Origin: Candidatus Poribacteria bacterium
GTDB taxonomy: Bacteria; Abyssobacteria; SURF-5
Direction of reading: 5' to 3'
NCBI GenBank assembly: GCA_016215705.1
Contig: JACRIR010000053.1
Location: 11,973-75,972, forward strand
DNA: 64,000 nt
In this document: positions 39,497-48,370 of the stretch, in pieces
How the letters are laid out: each line of letters begins with the position of its first letter
Numbering within the stretch: the first letter of the stretch is position 1
The notes under the pieces: model-generated
Database searches by the model: none
What the model was told of the DNA's origin: nothing
Seen by the model: the letters and a program-made list of their open reading frames with translations, nothing else
Program-made: the position numbers and the translations under genes

Positions 39497-39575
39497 TTGA
39501 ATTATCCTTTCGTGCGCGGCTCAAGTTTCGCCGGAACCCCGGTCAAGTGACGGCGCATAATGGTCGGGGCGAGTC

Positions 39576-41180
39576 TCAGTGCCACTCCCACTCGATAAAG
39601 CCGGGTTTGACGTCGGACATGGCGTTTACTATCAATTCAACCAGACCTCCATACAGTATGCGGCATTTCTCCCATGCGTCGTATCCGAACAGGAAGTCTC
39701 TAATCTGTCCCTTGCAGTTGCTGCACGGCGCGCATACATACTTCGGGATATCGGGGCTGAGCTGGCCCTTGAAAGCGTTGAGTATCTGCTCGAACTTCTT
39801 CCGTCCGGAAATGTGCTTTCGCCACGTCTGGAAATTGTATCCGCTCATGATGGCGAAGCCGCTGCCCCCGCCGCAGCAGTAGTTGTGGACTCCGTGAGGG
39901 GTCATCTCTCTGAACTGCGGGCAGATTTTGCGAATGACTCTTCGTTGCGGCTCGACGATGCCCATCAGGCGAACCATGTTGCACGGGTCGTGCAAGGTAA
40001 CAGGAAAGTCGTTCCGTGACGGGTCCAGCTTGATCCGCCCGCTGAAAACGATGTCCTCGAGGAACGGCATCGCGGCTTCGCGCGGAATGTTGAGGTCGCC
40101 CGTCAATACGCGATCGGCAATTACCATAAGGGTCTTTGTCGAATGTCCGCATTCGCCGACAACGATCTTCTTGACGCCCAGCTTCTTGGCGGCCTGCGCA
40201 TGCTTGATGACCACGCGGGCCAACTGGAAGTCATCATACCACAGACCGTAGTTGATGCCGTCGTAAGCGGGAACTTCGCTCGAGAGCGTCCAACTGATTC
40301 CGGCGGCCTCAAGAATGACGGCAAATGCGCCGGGGTTCTCGGGCCACGCCATGATCTCGCCCGCATTGTGAATGAGAAGCACGTCGGCGCCGGACTTATC
40401 CCACGGCGTCTTGATGGTCATGCCGGTCTTGTCGGTCATGTCCTCGTCGATGAAATCCATGTTGTCTTTGACGACGAGGGGGTTCATGCCGGTCGAGGAA
40501 CCGACCTTGAGCTGGAGCATCGAGCCTTTGTCGTGAAGCTCCTTCGCGGCGATTCCCATCTCCTGGCTGAAGACTTTGCGCAGCTCGTGGGTGATGAGCG
40601 CGTTATCGACGCCGATGGGGCACGTCTGCGCGCATCGACGACAGATGTTGCAGCGATATGCGAGCTCACAGAGGCGCGCGATCGTGGTCCAGTTGAGGTC
40701 GATATCGCCATGTTTCCACTTCCCGAAAAACTTGCCGCCCGGCTTGAGGTACTTGTTGTAAATGCGGCGGACCACTTCGGACCGATAGGCGGGACGATAG
40801 ACGTCGTTCCTGCCGCTGGCCTCAAAAATATGGCAGGCGTCGGAACAAGTCTGGCATTTGGCGCAGTGTTCCATCGTCAGCGTCAGCAACTGCAGGAACG
40901 GCCAGTTGTTCTCCTTCGTGAAGAGCTTCTCAAGCCCAGAAAGGAATTTTCGCACCAACTCCTGTTCTTCCTGCTTGGTCTTCGGCTTCGGAAGCGCGAC
41001 TGCGATAGTGTCATCCAATGAAGACTCGATTTCGTTCGAGCACTTGAGCGGGTCCCACTTGGGAAGGTTTTCCAATTTGTCGTAAGGAGGCGGAAGCGGC
41101 GGAAAATCCTTGACCTCGGTATGCGTCAACTTCTCGCTTGGCTTACTGATATCCTCGACTCTTATCTTCTTCTTCGACAT
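39576..41180 (-). CDS. DsrK/HmeD-like (Fe-S)-binding heterodisulfide-reductase-type protein
   Basis: CAKCQTCSDAC and CNICRRCAQTCP ferredoxin motifs. CCG-domain motifs GECGH, HDPCN, YCCGGG, PCSNC. Confidence 0.88.
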   Translation of the reverse strand: MSKKKIRVEDISKPSEKLTHTEVKDFPPLPPPYDKLENLPKWDPLKCSNEIESSLDDTIAVALPKPKTKQEEQELVRKFLSGLEKLFTKENNWPFLQLLTLTMEHCAKCQTCSDACHIFEASGRNDVYRPAYRSEVVRRIYNKYLKPGGKFFGKWKHGDIDLNWTTIARLCELAYRCNICRRCAQTCPIGVDNALITHELRKVFSQEMGIAAKELHDKGSMLQLKVGSSTGMNPLVVKDNMDFIDEDMTDKTGMTIKTPWDKSGADVLLIHNAGEIMAWPENPGAFAVILEAAGISWTLSSEVPAYDGINYGLWYDDFQLARVVIKHAQAAKKLGVKKIVVGECGHSTKTLMVIADRVLTGDLNIPREAAMPFLEDIVFSGRIKLDPSRNDFPVTLHDPCNMVRLMGIVEPQRRVIRKICPQFREMTPHGVHNYCCGGGSGFAIMSGYNFQTWRKHISGRKKFEQILNAFKGQLSPDIPKYVCAPCSNCKGQIRDFLFGYDAWEKCRILYGGLVELIVNAMSDVKPGFIEWEWH

Positions 41181-42103
41181 TATTTATCAACCTCCTCGGT
41201 GGCGATATCGGCCCAGTTCTTCTTTCCATCAGCCTTGAGATGAGGCGCGGACCAACTGACCGGATAGCCAAGGGCCTGCGTAATCCGCTTTTCGAGCTCC
41301 GAGCCTTTGAAGTTCGGCTCATCATCCCATCGAATCTTGTGGTAGAAGTAATACTTCGTGAGAAAATGCGACATGTGCGTAAGAGGCACATACGCCATCA
41401 GGAGCGAGAAAAGGACCATTTCGAGAGCGATTGCGGAACTGACGGCCGGACCGTTGCCGAAGGTGAAAAGATTTTGGACGTAAGCTCTCGCAATCGAGAA
41501 ATCGCGGTCAACCAGAACAAATGCCAGATCGGCGACGATCAATGCCAGAAGGAAGGCGCAAAGGTTGAAGATATGCGCAGCAGAGGTATAGCCGTCAACC
41601 TCGGGATCGGTAAGCCGCCGCTGCAAGAGCGAAAGCGCGCCGAAAGTGGAGAGAATGAGGCCCGCGGCTCCGGCAAAAATCGTGAGATAGTGAATGGCCA
41701 GGCCGACTGCGCCTGCGCCGACGCCGATATACAGGTTAGCCATCTGCGCCGCTGCGCCCACGACCAGCAAACCGGCCCACCCTATGAGGCAGTAAAGACC
41801 GAAATGGAACGGGAACGAGCGATACCAGAGCGGCCTGTTGTTCTCCCAAAGGGCTTTGATAAATAGCATCTCGGGGATCATTCCCTTCAGCTCGCTGATT
41901 AAAGAAAACTTGCGGGGTTTGGTCCACCAATTGAGCTCCTCAAAATAAGAGCCGCCGTAGTGAGCCCGCTTACCCTCGTGAGCGACCGGGTAGAGCTCCC
42001 ATCTCAGATGGACGGGCATGCTCTCTATCTTATGGATCCGCGCCACCACAGCTACCACAAACGTGATGAAAGCCGCGTATGTGATCAGATAGGATAGTGA
42101 CAT
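41180..42103 (-). CDS. DsrM/NarI-like membrane cytochrome b subunit
   Basis: HLRWELYP, SFPFHFGLY, PLTHMSHF (candidate heme His), about 5 TMs. Coupled to the DsrK-like gene. RBS GGAGAAAGGAAG. Confidence 0.85.
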   Translation of the reverse strand: MSLSYLITYAAFITFVVAVVARIHKIESMPVHLRWELYPVAHEGKRAHYGGSYFEELNWWTKPRKFSLISELKGMIPEMLFIKALWENNRPLWYRSFPFHFGLYCLIGWAGLLVVGAAAQMANLYIGVGAGAVGLAIHYLTIFAGAAGLILSTFGALSLLQRRLTDPEVDGYTSAAHIFNLCAFLLALIVADLAFVLVDRDFSIARAYVQNLFTFGNGPAVSSAIALEMVLFSLLMAYVPLTHMSHFLTKYYFYHKIRWDDEPNFKGSELEKRITQALGYPVSWSAPHLKADGKKNWADIATEEVDK

Positions 42104-42498
42104 GACTTCCTTTCTCCTCCTCGAGCGATGTCTCCATCGGAACAAGTGAATAGAATGCTCATGACGTAGTTGGATACGGACTTACGCCCTGTTGGCAATG
42201 GGGGTGCAGGACGCGCTTGCCCCTCGAAGGACTGCCCCGCTCGGGATGGGTAGTCGCATCGAGAGAAATCACCACAATCACAGCCGCACTCGGAAACGGG
42301 ATATGATCTGTAAAGCCGAGGGGGTGCAGATATCGGCCCCATGCAACAAAATCGCAACAACATCCTCGTCCCTTTACGGCAGCGGACGCACGGTTCTAGC
42401 GGAGCCACACCCCGCACTTCAGAATCGCTTTGTCCCCCCATGTCTGAAATCCGGGGCACATGAATGGTGTCTCAAAATTCAAACACAGGCACTGATTT

Positions 42499-42527
42499 AG
42501 AATAGCATAAGTATCCCGAATTTGCAA
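42499..42527 (-). promoter_or_regulatory. Putative sigma70 promoter upstream of dsrM-like gene
   Basis: Minus strand TTGCAA-17 nt-TATTCT with extended -10 TG. Confidence 0.5.
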
Positions 42528-42537
42528 CATCGCCCAC

Positions 42538-42656
42538 CGGTTTCCAGTTCGCGGTTTACAGTTTACGGTCTACCGTTCGCAGTCTGTGTGATGCCGTTTC
42601 CTCTCCCATAATCATGAACCATGAGATGTGGGCTTTCAACCGTAGACTGTAAACCA
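42538..42656. repeat. Degenerate heptamer tandem array with inverted partner
   Basis: CGGTTTC CAGTTCG CGGTTTA CAGTTTA CGGTCTA CCGTTCG CAGTCTG (42538-42586). Inverted units TCAACCG TAGACTG TAAACCA at 42636-42656. Confidence 0.75.
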
Positions 42657-42659
42657 GTT

Positions 42660-42795
42660 CGTCCGAGAACCCGTTGTTCTTGACTGTCTGCGAATACCTG
42701 TGGCCGCTTCTCTTCATGGTGCGCTTCTGCGTGCCGAAATCGACGCGCACAATCCCGAGACGTCTTCTGTAGCCGAATCTCCACTCGAAGTGGCC
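42660..42795 (-). pseudogene. Remnant of glycoside hydrolase family 1 (beta-glucosidase) C-terminus
   Basis: Translates HFEWRFGYRRRLGIVRVDFGTQKRTMKRSGHRYSQTVKNNGF, matching the GH1 tail pattern NFEW..GY..RFG...VDF.TQ.R..K.S...Y......NG. Upstream sequence is not GH1-like. Confidence 0.75.
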
Positions 42796-42846
42796 ACTGT
42801 TCTTCTTGACCGAATTGCCTTGTTCGGATATGATGCCACAAGAAGG

Positions 42847-42993
42847 GGGAAATGTGAAAAGTGAAGAGTGAAAAGGAAAGGGCCCGCGGGGGAAATGGTT
42901 TCTTTCAACTCTTCATCCGTGTAATTCGCTCCATTCGTGATCTCCCTCTTCTTCTTTTCTTTGCGCCTCGGGTCTGCGACCCTTTGCGGTGAA
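42847..42993. repeat. Heptamer and nonamer short tandem arrays
   Basis: GGGAAAT GTGAAAA GTGAAGA GTGAAAA (42847-42874); ATCCGTGTA ATTCGCTCC ATTCGTGAT (42915-42941); CTTTGCGCC..TCTGCGACC CTTTGCGGT (42959-42990). Confidence 0.65.
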
Positions 42994-43035
42994 ACCTTTG
43001 CTGCTTGTGAGATCAATGAATAAGGAGAGTGCTCT

Positions 43036-43860
43036 ATGGATTTGCTTCTAAGAGACAAGGTGGCGTTGGTGACGGGGGCGGGGTCGGGGATCGGGCGAAC
43101 GACGGCGCTTATGTTGGCAGAGGAGGGTGTGCGGATCGGCTGTGCGGATTTGTTCAAGGAGAGAGCCGAGGAAACAGTGGAGATGATTCGGGCGCGCGGA
43201 GGACCGGCGCCGGAAGAAGCGAAAGCGGCGCAGCCCCGAGGCGAAGGGCGAAAGGCGAAAGGGATAAGTGGGGAGACAACGGCAATAGCATCAGTGTGTG
43301 ACGTTACGAATTATGGGCAAGTGGCGCAGGCGGTGGCTGACACCCTGGTCGCTTTCGGCCGGTTGGATATTCTGGTCAACAGCGCGGGCGTTTCGGCGGG
43401 CGGCCTGTTCATGGAAACGGAACCGGAAAGCTGGTCGCTTGAAATCGGCATCAATCTTGTGGGCACAATGAATTGCTGCCATGCTGCCGCGCCTCATATG
43501 ATCACCAAAGGATACGGGAAGATCGTCAATATCGCATCGGACGCCGGAAGAGTTGGCGAGAAACGGCTGTCCGTCTATGGAGCGTCGAAGGGCGGCGTGC
43601 TAGGTTTCACCAAGTGCCTCGCGCTCGAGTTGGCGCGCTACAAAATCAATGTCAACGTGGTCAGCCCGGGCGTGGTGAAAAGCCCGATGACTTCATTCCT
43701 GACCGAGGACCTGGAGAAAGAGTGGGCAAAGTTCTATCCGCTGCGCAGGCTCGGCGTGCCGGAAGACGTGGCAAACATGATCGTTTTCCTGTGCTCCGAC
43801 CGCACAAGTTGGATGACGGGGCAGACGGTGAGCATTGATGGAGGATTCTCACGCATATGA
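43036..43860 (+). CDS. Short-chain dehydrogenase/reductase (FabG/BadH-like)
   Basis: TGAGSGIG, NSAG, IASDAGRVG, YGASK, GQTVSIDGG. RBS AAGGAG. Confidence 0.93.
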   Translation: MDLLLRDKVALVTGAGSGIGRTTALMLAEEGVRIGCADLFKERAEETVEMIRARGGPAPEEAKAAQPRGEGRKAKGISGETTAIASVCDVTNYGQVAQAVADTLVAFGRLDILVNSAGVSAGGLFMETEPESWSLEIGINLVGTMNCCHAAAPHMITKGYGKIVNIASDAGRVGEKRLSVYGASKGGVLGFTKCLALELARYKINVNVVSPGVVKSPMTSFLTEDLEKEWAKFYPLRRLGVPEDVANMIVFLCSDRTSWMTGQTVSIDGGFSRI

Positions 43861-43889
43861 GGAGGGGGAGAGGGTGAGAAGGGAAGAGT

Positions 43890-43927
43890 GGGTTTAGGGT
43901 TTAGGGTTTAGGGTTTAGGGTTTAGGG
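43890..43927. repeat. Perfect (TTTAGGG)x5 heptamer tract
   Basis: GGG followed by five exact TTTAGGG copies at 43893-43927, between convergent genes. Confidence 0.95.
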
Positions 43928-45167
43928 TTGCCATTGTCTCTCCATTCCGCAGGGAGGAATGCCATATATATATGATGGCGCCAAAGTACAATAGTAGAAG
44001 TATCTCGTTCTTGTAAAAGCCCAGGGGCCAATTGCAACAGAAAAAGGATTGAAGCAGAAGAATTGCTGCTCCGAAAACGGTTTCGCCGGACGCCGCAGCC
44101 CAAAGGACGAAGATAAACGTCGGCACAACCTCGTAAATGCCTGCTGTATAGAATTTACCGAAAGTGATAAAGGTAAATGAACAGAACGCGAGGAGGGCAA
44201 AGTATCTCTCCGGCGTTGAAATGGTAATCTTCCTGGTCACGGTAAAGACAAAGCTAGCAACAATGCACAGCAGGATCAGCAGTTTATTTGCGTACAATTG
44301 CAGGAACTCCTCGATGCCGGGTCTTTCGCCTCCCCCAGCAAGCATTATCGCCTTATAGAGGTAGCCCATCGCAGAATTCTCTTGAATCTTGAAGAGGTCC
44401 ATGTTTTTTGACAGCGACAAATAGACCCGTTCCATGCCCGACCCCCAAAGGAAGGGTGACATGATCAGCAATACGGTCAAGCCCAGAGAGAGACTCCATT
44501 TGAGCACGTCCACGTAACGCCTGCCATTGCAGAGCACGAAAAATGTAGGAATCACAAAGAGGATTGCGACCTGTTTCGTGCACATCGCGAGGCCGAAGCA
44601 GATTCCGCTCAGGATTTTGCGCTCGGGCAAGGCTAACATGCCCAGGAGACCAAAGAAGGCGACAACTCCTTCGAATTTTCCTTCCTTTACAACGGAATAG
44701 AAAAGCAGTCCGGAAAAGAGGAAAATGGCTATCAGAACAACCGCATCGCTTGTCAGTTCCTTCCCCGTGTATCTCTCAAAGACTCCGGCGACCAAGAAGG
44801 CGGCAAGGCCGGTAAGAAGAATGAAAGGCAGGATGGAAACGTTGAATAAATAAGCGTCGTCCATGTCCATCAGATCTGAAGCAAGGACGATGGGCGCCTC
44901 CAGCAGCGGGGTCAACGGCGGATAGTTGTACAGGCCGCCGGGAGCGCTTAGCATATCCACCTTTATCATTCTACTGCTATAGAAGCCGAAATCGCCACTG
45001 AGAATTGACCTGGCCATCTCGACGATTTGCCACCGGTCAAACCTGAACAATCCGGCTTGTCCCTCGTCTGCGTCGATCCAGCTTCCGAATCCCAGTATTG
45101 AATAGCTGATTCCACCGCATATGAAGAGTACGACGAGACAGCCTGCAACAAACTTCCGCGTCTTCAT
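43908..45167 (-). CDS. GT-C-type membrane glycosyltransferase (GT87/DUF2029-like)
   Basis: About 10-11 TMs, acidic first loop (DADE), YNYPP motif, KQ motif. Start MKTRKF. Confidence 0.7.
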   Translation of the reverse strand: MKTRKFVAGCLVVLFICGGISYSILGFGSWIDADEGQAGLFRFDRWQIVEMARSILSGDFGFYSSRMIKVDMLSAPGGLYNYPPLTPLLEAPIVLASDLMDMDDAYLFNVSILPFILLTGLAAFLVAGVFERYTGKELTSDAVVLIAIFLFSGLLFYSVVKEGKFEGVVAFFGLLGMLALPERKILSGICFGLAMCTKQVAILFVIPTFFVLCNGRRYVDVLKWSLSLGLTVLLIMSPFLWGSGMERVYLSLSKNMDLFKIQENSAMGYLYKAIMLAGGGERPGIEEFLQLYANKLLILLCIVASFVFTVTRKITISTPERYFALLAFCSFTFITFGKFYTAGIYEVVPTFIFVLWAAASGETVFGAAILLLQSFFCCNWPLGFYKNEILLLLYFGAIIYIWHSSLRNGETMATLNPKP

Positions 45168-45421
45168 TTGAGATGACACTGTTTTTTCCTCTTGGCAGCC
45201 ACTTCTCTGAAAAGGACCAGAGTGCAAGGTTTAGGATTTCGGCTTTTGGGCTGAATTCGTATGTTTCCGCCACAAACAACGCGCCGCAAATGTGGCTGAC
45301 TGCTCAGAATGACGTTCTTGTGGGTTAGAATCGTTCGTAAAATGCGCATCTTTTTATCACTAAAAGTGTTGAGTTGTCAAGGAATGCCGCTGGCAACTCG
45401 CAACCAACGACCTTCGGGTGT

Positions 45422-45470
45422 TTGATTTCATTACTATCGTATGGTAAAATGGCAACTCATACAAAGTCAA
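45422..45470. promoter_or_regulatory. Putative bidirectional sigma70 promoter
   Basis: Plus: TTGATT-17-TAAAAT with TG extension (45422-45450). Minus: TTGACT-18-TACCAT (45470-45441). Confidence 0.55.
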
Positions 45471-45509
45471 GGATTTAAGAAGCAAGCGGGGCTTGGCGGC
45501 GTCCAAGGA

Positions 45510-46268
45510 ATGGAAAAGTTCGAGGGCAAGCTTACTGTTTTGATGCCTGCCTATCAGGAAGGGGCGGGCATTTATGATAATATAGGGGAAACGCTCGAGA
45601 TACTCAGTGAGAGCAATCGAGATTTCGAGATAATTGTAATAGACGATGGGAGTTCCGACAACACATACGAAGAGGCCGTTCGGTTCGCGGGAGAGGACCC
45701 CCGGATAAGAATTATCCGAAACAGAACAAACATCGGGAAAGGGAGCGCTCTGCGGGAGGGATTCGGTAAGAGCGCCGGCGACCTGGTGGTCTTCATTGAC
45801 GCCGACCTTGACTTGCATCCGCGCCAGTTGCAGGTCTTCTTCGAGTTCATGCGTCGGGAGGACGCGGACGTAGTGATCGGCTCGAAGCGGCATCCGCAAT
45901 CCAGGCTCTATTACCCGTTCCATCGGAAAATAGTTAGCGCGGTATACTTCTTTCTCGTCAAGTTGATGTTTCGTTTGCCCATTCACGACACGCAGACGGG
46001 GCTCAAGTTGTTCAAACGCCAAGTTCTCGAAACGGTGTTTCCGCAGATGCTGGTCAAAAAATTCGCATTTGACCTCGAGTTGCTTGTTCTCGCGCACAGA
46101 CACGGATTCAGGATTGCCGAGGCGCCCGTTGTAGTGGATTATCGCCCCAATATCGGCCGGAAGATCAAGCGGTGGGTTCGCCCGGGAGACATTTATACAA
46201 CGTGGTGGGACACAATGGCAATCTTCTACAGACTCTATATTCTGAGACACTATGAGAAGAACCGATAA
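45510..46268 (+). CDS. GT2, polyprenol/dolichol-phosphate glycosyltransferase-like
   Basis: MPAYQE, DDGSSD, GKGSA, DADL, VIGS, DTQTGLKLF, FAFDLE. Confidence 0.88.
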   Translation: MEKFEGKLTVLMPAYQEGAGIYDNIGETLEILSESNRDFEIIVIDDGSSDNTYEEAVRFAGEDPRIRIIRNRTNIGKGSALREGFGKSAGDLVVFIDADLDLHPRQLQVFFEFMRREDADVVIGSKRHPQSRLYYPFHRKIVSAVYFFLVKLMFRLPIHDTQTGLKLFKRQVLETVFPQMLVKKFAFDLELLVLAHRHGFRIAEAPVVVDYRPNIGRKIKRWVRPGDIYTTWWDTMAIFYRLYILRHYEKNR

Positions 46269-46289
46269 TCATAGACCAACAAAGGTATT

Positions 46290-47348
46290 ATGACAAATAT
46301 CTCCTCGCATAACGAAGAAGCCGGAACCCTCGAATCCAAGCAGAATATGTTGCCGAAGATATCGGTTATCCTCGCTTTGCACACATGCAGCGCGCGGTTC
46401 CTGCGCGACTTTTCAAATATTCGCAATCTTGAGTATCCTGATTTTGAAATCCTGATAGTCGCCGACGCGCCGACTCTGAGCGAAGCCACAAATCCCCAGT
46501 TTATCGAGCTGAAGCGCCTCGAAAAGCCGGGCCTCGTAAGCATGCTATCGACAGGCAGACAACTTACCGGTCCGGGAGAGAAACGGGATATCGGGATTCA
46601 GAAGGCGAGCGGTGAAATATGCGCGTTTATCGACGACGACGCTTATCCGAGACCGGATTGGCTCCGGAGCGCAGTCGGCTTCTTTGACAACGCACAGGTG
46701 GCGGCGGTTGGTGGCCCGGGCATCACTCCTCCGGAGGACAATCTGTTCGAGCAGGCAGGAGGCGCCGTGTATGCCTCACCGCTTGGAAGCGGGCAGACGC
46801 TTTATCGTTTCCTGCAACGCAAACCGCGCGAGGTGGAGGATTTTCCTGCATTCAATCTACTTGTGCGCACGAAAATTCTGAAACAAGTAGGCGGTTTCTC
46901 CTCCCCCTACTACGGCGGTGAAGACACAAAACTGTGTCTTGAGATTATCAAGTCGGGCAAAAAGATTCTGTACCGTCCCGAGGTTGTTGTGTTTCACCAT
47001 CGCAGGCCGCTATTCTTGAGTCATCTCAGGCAGATTGCGAACGTGGGACTCCATCGGGGGTATTTTGCGAAAATGTATCCGGAGACATCGAGACGCCTGT
47101 TCTATTTCATGCCCAGTATCGTCGTAACCGTTCTCTTCTTCGGAATCATCCTCTCGGCGTTCTCCAACGTAATGAAGGCCGTCGTTTTATTCAGCATTCT
47201 AGGCTATTTCGGCTTCGCATTCGTTTCCATCATGCCCGCAAGTCGGCTCGACGTGGCTTTTCTCGGCGCATTGGGGATCATGGCCACTCACCTCGTATAC
47301 GGATGCGCGTTCATTCGCGGGCTCACGCTCAGGCGCCTCGATAAATAA
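46290..47348 (+). CDS. Glycosyltransferase family 2 with C-terminal TMs
   Basis: AFIDDDA, AVGGP, GEDTKL, HHRR. Confidence 0.9.
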   Translation: MTNISSHNEEAGTLESKQNMLPKISVILALHTCSARFLRDFSNIRNLEYPDFEILIVADAPTLSEATNPQFIELKRLEKPGLVSMLSTGRQLTGPGEKRDIGIQKASGEICAFIDDDAYPRPDWLRSAVGFFDNAQVAAVGGPGITPPEDNLFEQAGGAVYASPLGSGQTLYRFLQRKPREVEDFPAFNLLVRTKILKQVGGFSSPYYGGEDTKLCLEIIKSGKKILYRPEVVVFHHRRPLFLSHLRQIANVGLHRGYFAKMYPETSRRLFYFMPSIVVTVLFFGIILSAFSNVMKAVVLFSILGYFGFAFVSIMPASRLDVAFLGALGIMATHLVYGCAFIRGLTLRRLDK

Positions 47349-47359
47349 GGGGGCCCCGG

Positions 47360-48370
47360 TTGGCATCGCCCTCGGTCAGTATAATAATTCCAACCTACAA
47401 TTCCGCACGCTCGCTGGGCGAATGTCTCAAGAGCATAAGAGCGCAAGATTACCCCCCGGAAAAAGTGGAAATCATTCTCGTGGACGCGGGCTCGACTGAT
47501 TCGACGCTCGAAATCGCCGCCAAATTCGGTGTGAGCAGGATTCTGTCGAACTCGCTCAAGACCGGCGAGGCAGGCAAGTCGGTCGGGATCGACGCCGCCT
47601 CGGGCGAGTTCATCGGTTTCATTGACAGCGACAATATTCTCGACGGGACCGACTGGCTGAGCAAGATGGCGGCCCCCCTTGAGAATCCCGAAATCGTCTT
47701 CTCCGAAAGCTATGCTTTCGCGTACAGGCCCGCCGATTCCGCCATTGATCGTTACTGCGCGCTCATGGGGATGAACGACCCCATACACTTGTTCATCGGA
47801 AACTATGACAGACTTTGCACTCTAACCGGCAAATGGACAGGGTTGCCGGTCAAGATGACTGACCGCGGCGACTATTACGAAGTTGAATTGACAAAAGAGA
47901 CCACGCCGACGATGGGCGCAAACGGTTCTCTCATCCGAAAAAGTTCCATTATGAAAACCACTTACAAACCGCACTATTTCGACATCGACGTGATTTATCA
48001 GCTTGTCGGCATGGGTAACGTTCGGGCTGCAATGGTGAAGAAAGGGATCGTGCACTTATACTGTCCCGATTTTCGAACCTTTGCGCGAAAGCAAAGACGC
48101 CGCATACATGATTTCTTGCACTATCAGCGCCTCGGAAGGCGGACTTATCCGCATCAGAGATATTTTTGGGGATATGCAAAGTTTGTCGCATCCTGTCTGC
48201 TTGTGTTTCCGCTGCTGATACAGTCGTTCCTTGGCTACGCGCGGAAGGACGACCTGGCGTGGTTCGTTCATCCTGTGCTCTGCTGGATTACGCTTGTGTC
48301 GTATGGGTGGGCGACCATCCGGTCGTTTTTTGCGACCGCCGAATTTGACAGGAGTCAATGGAAACAGTAG
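47360..48370 (+). CDS. Glycosyltransferase family 2
   Basis: IIIPTYN, QDYP, VDAGSTD, FIDSD. Confidence 0.9.
   Translation: MASPSVSIIIPTYNSARSLGECLKSIRAQDYPPEKVEIILVDAGSTDSTLEIAAKFGVSRILSNSLKTGEAGKSVGIDAASGEFIGFIDSDNILDGTDWLSKMAAPLENPEIVFSESYAFAYRPADSAIDRYCALMGMNDPIHLFIGNYDRLCTLTGKWTGLPVKMTDRGDYYEVELTKETTPTMGANGSLIRKSSIMKTTYKPHYFDIDVIYQLVGMGNVRAAMVKKGIVHLYCPDFRTFARKQRRRIHDFLHYQRLGRRTYPHQRYFWGYAKFVASCLLVFPLLIQSFLGYARKDDLAWFVHPVLCWITLVSYGWATIRSFFATAEFDRSQWKQ

Noticed and set aside
42085-42459. Cys-rich 124-aa ORF as a ferredoxin or DsrC/DsrJ-like partner
   Set aside because: No recognisable motif (no CxxCH, no CX2CX2CX3C, no DsrC C-terminal Cys pair), no clear RBS, and it overlaps the dsrM-like start.
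42538-42993. CRISPR array
   Set aside because: Units are 7-9 nt and contiguous. There are no 25-40 nt repeats with spacers and no cas genes.
43890-43927. Plant or algal telomere contamination or chimeric join
   Set aside because: Only five units, with bacterial genes on both sides. The tract supplies a gene's stop codon and has a degenerate counterpart 1.3 kb away. Reads would be needed to exclude it fully.
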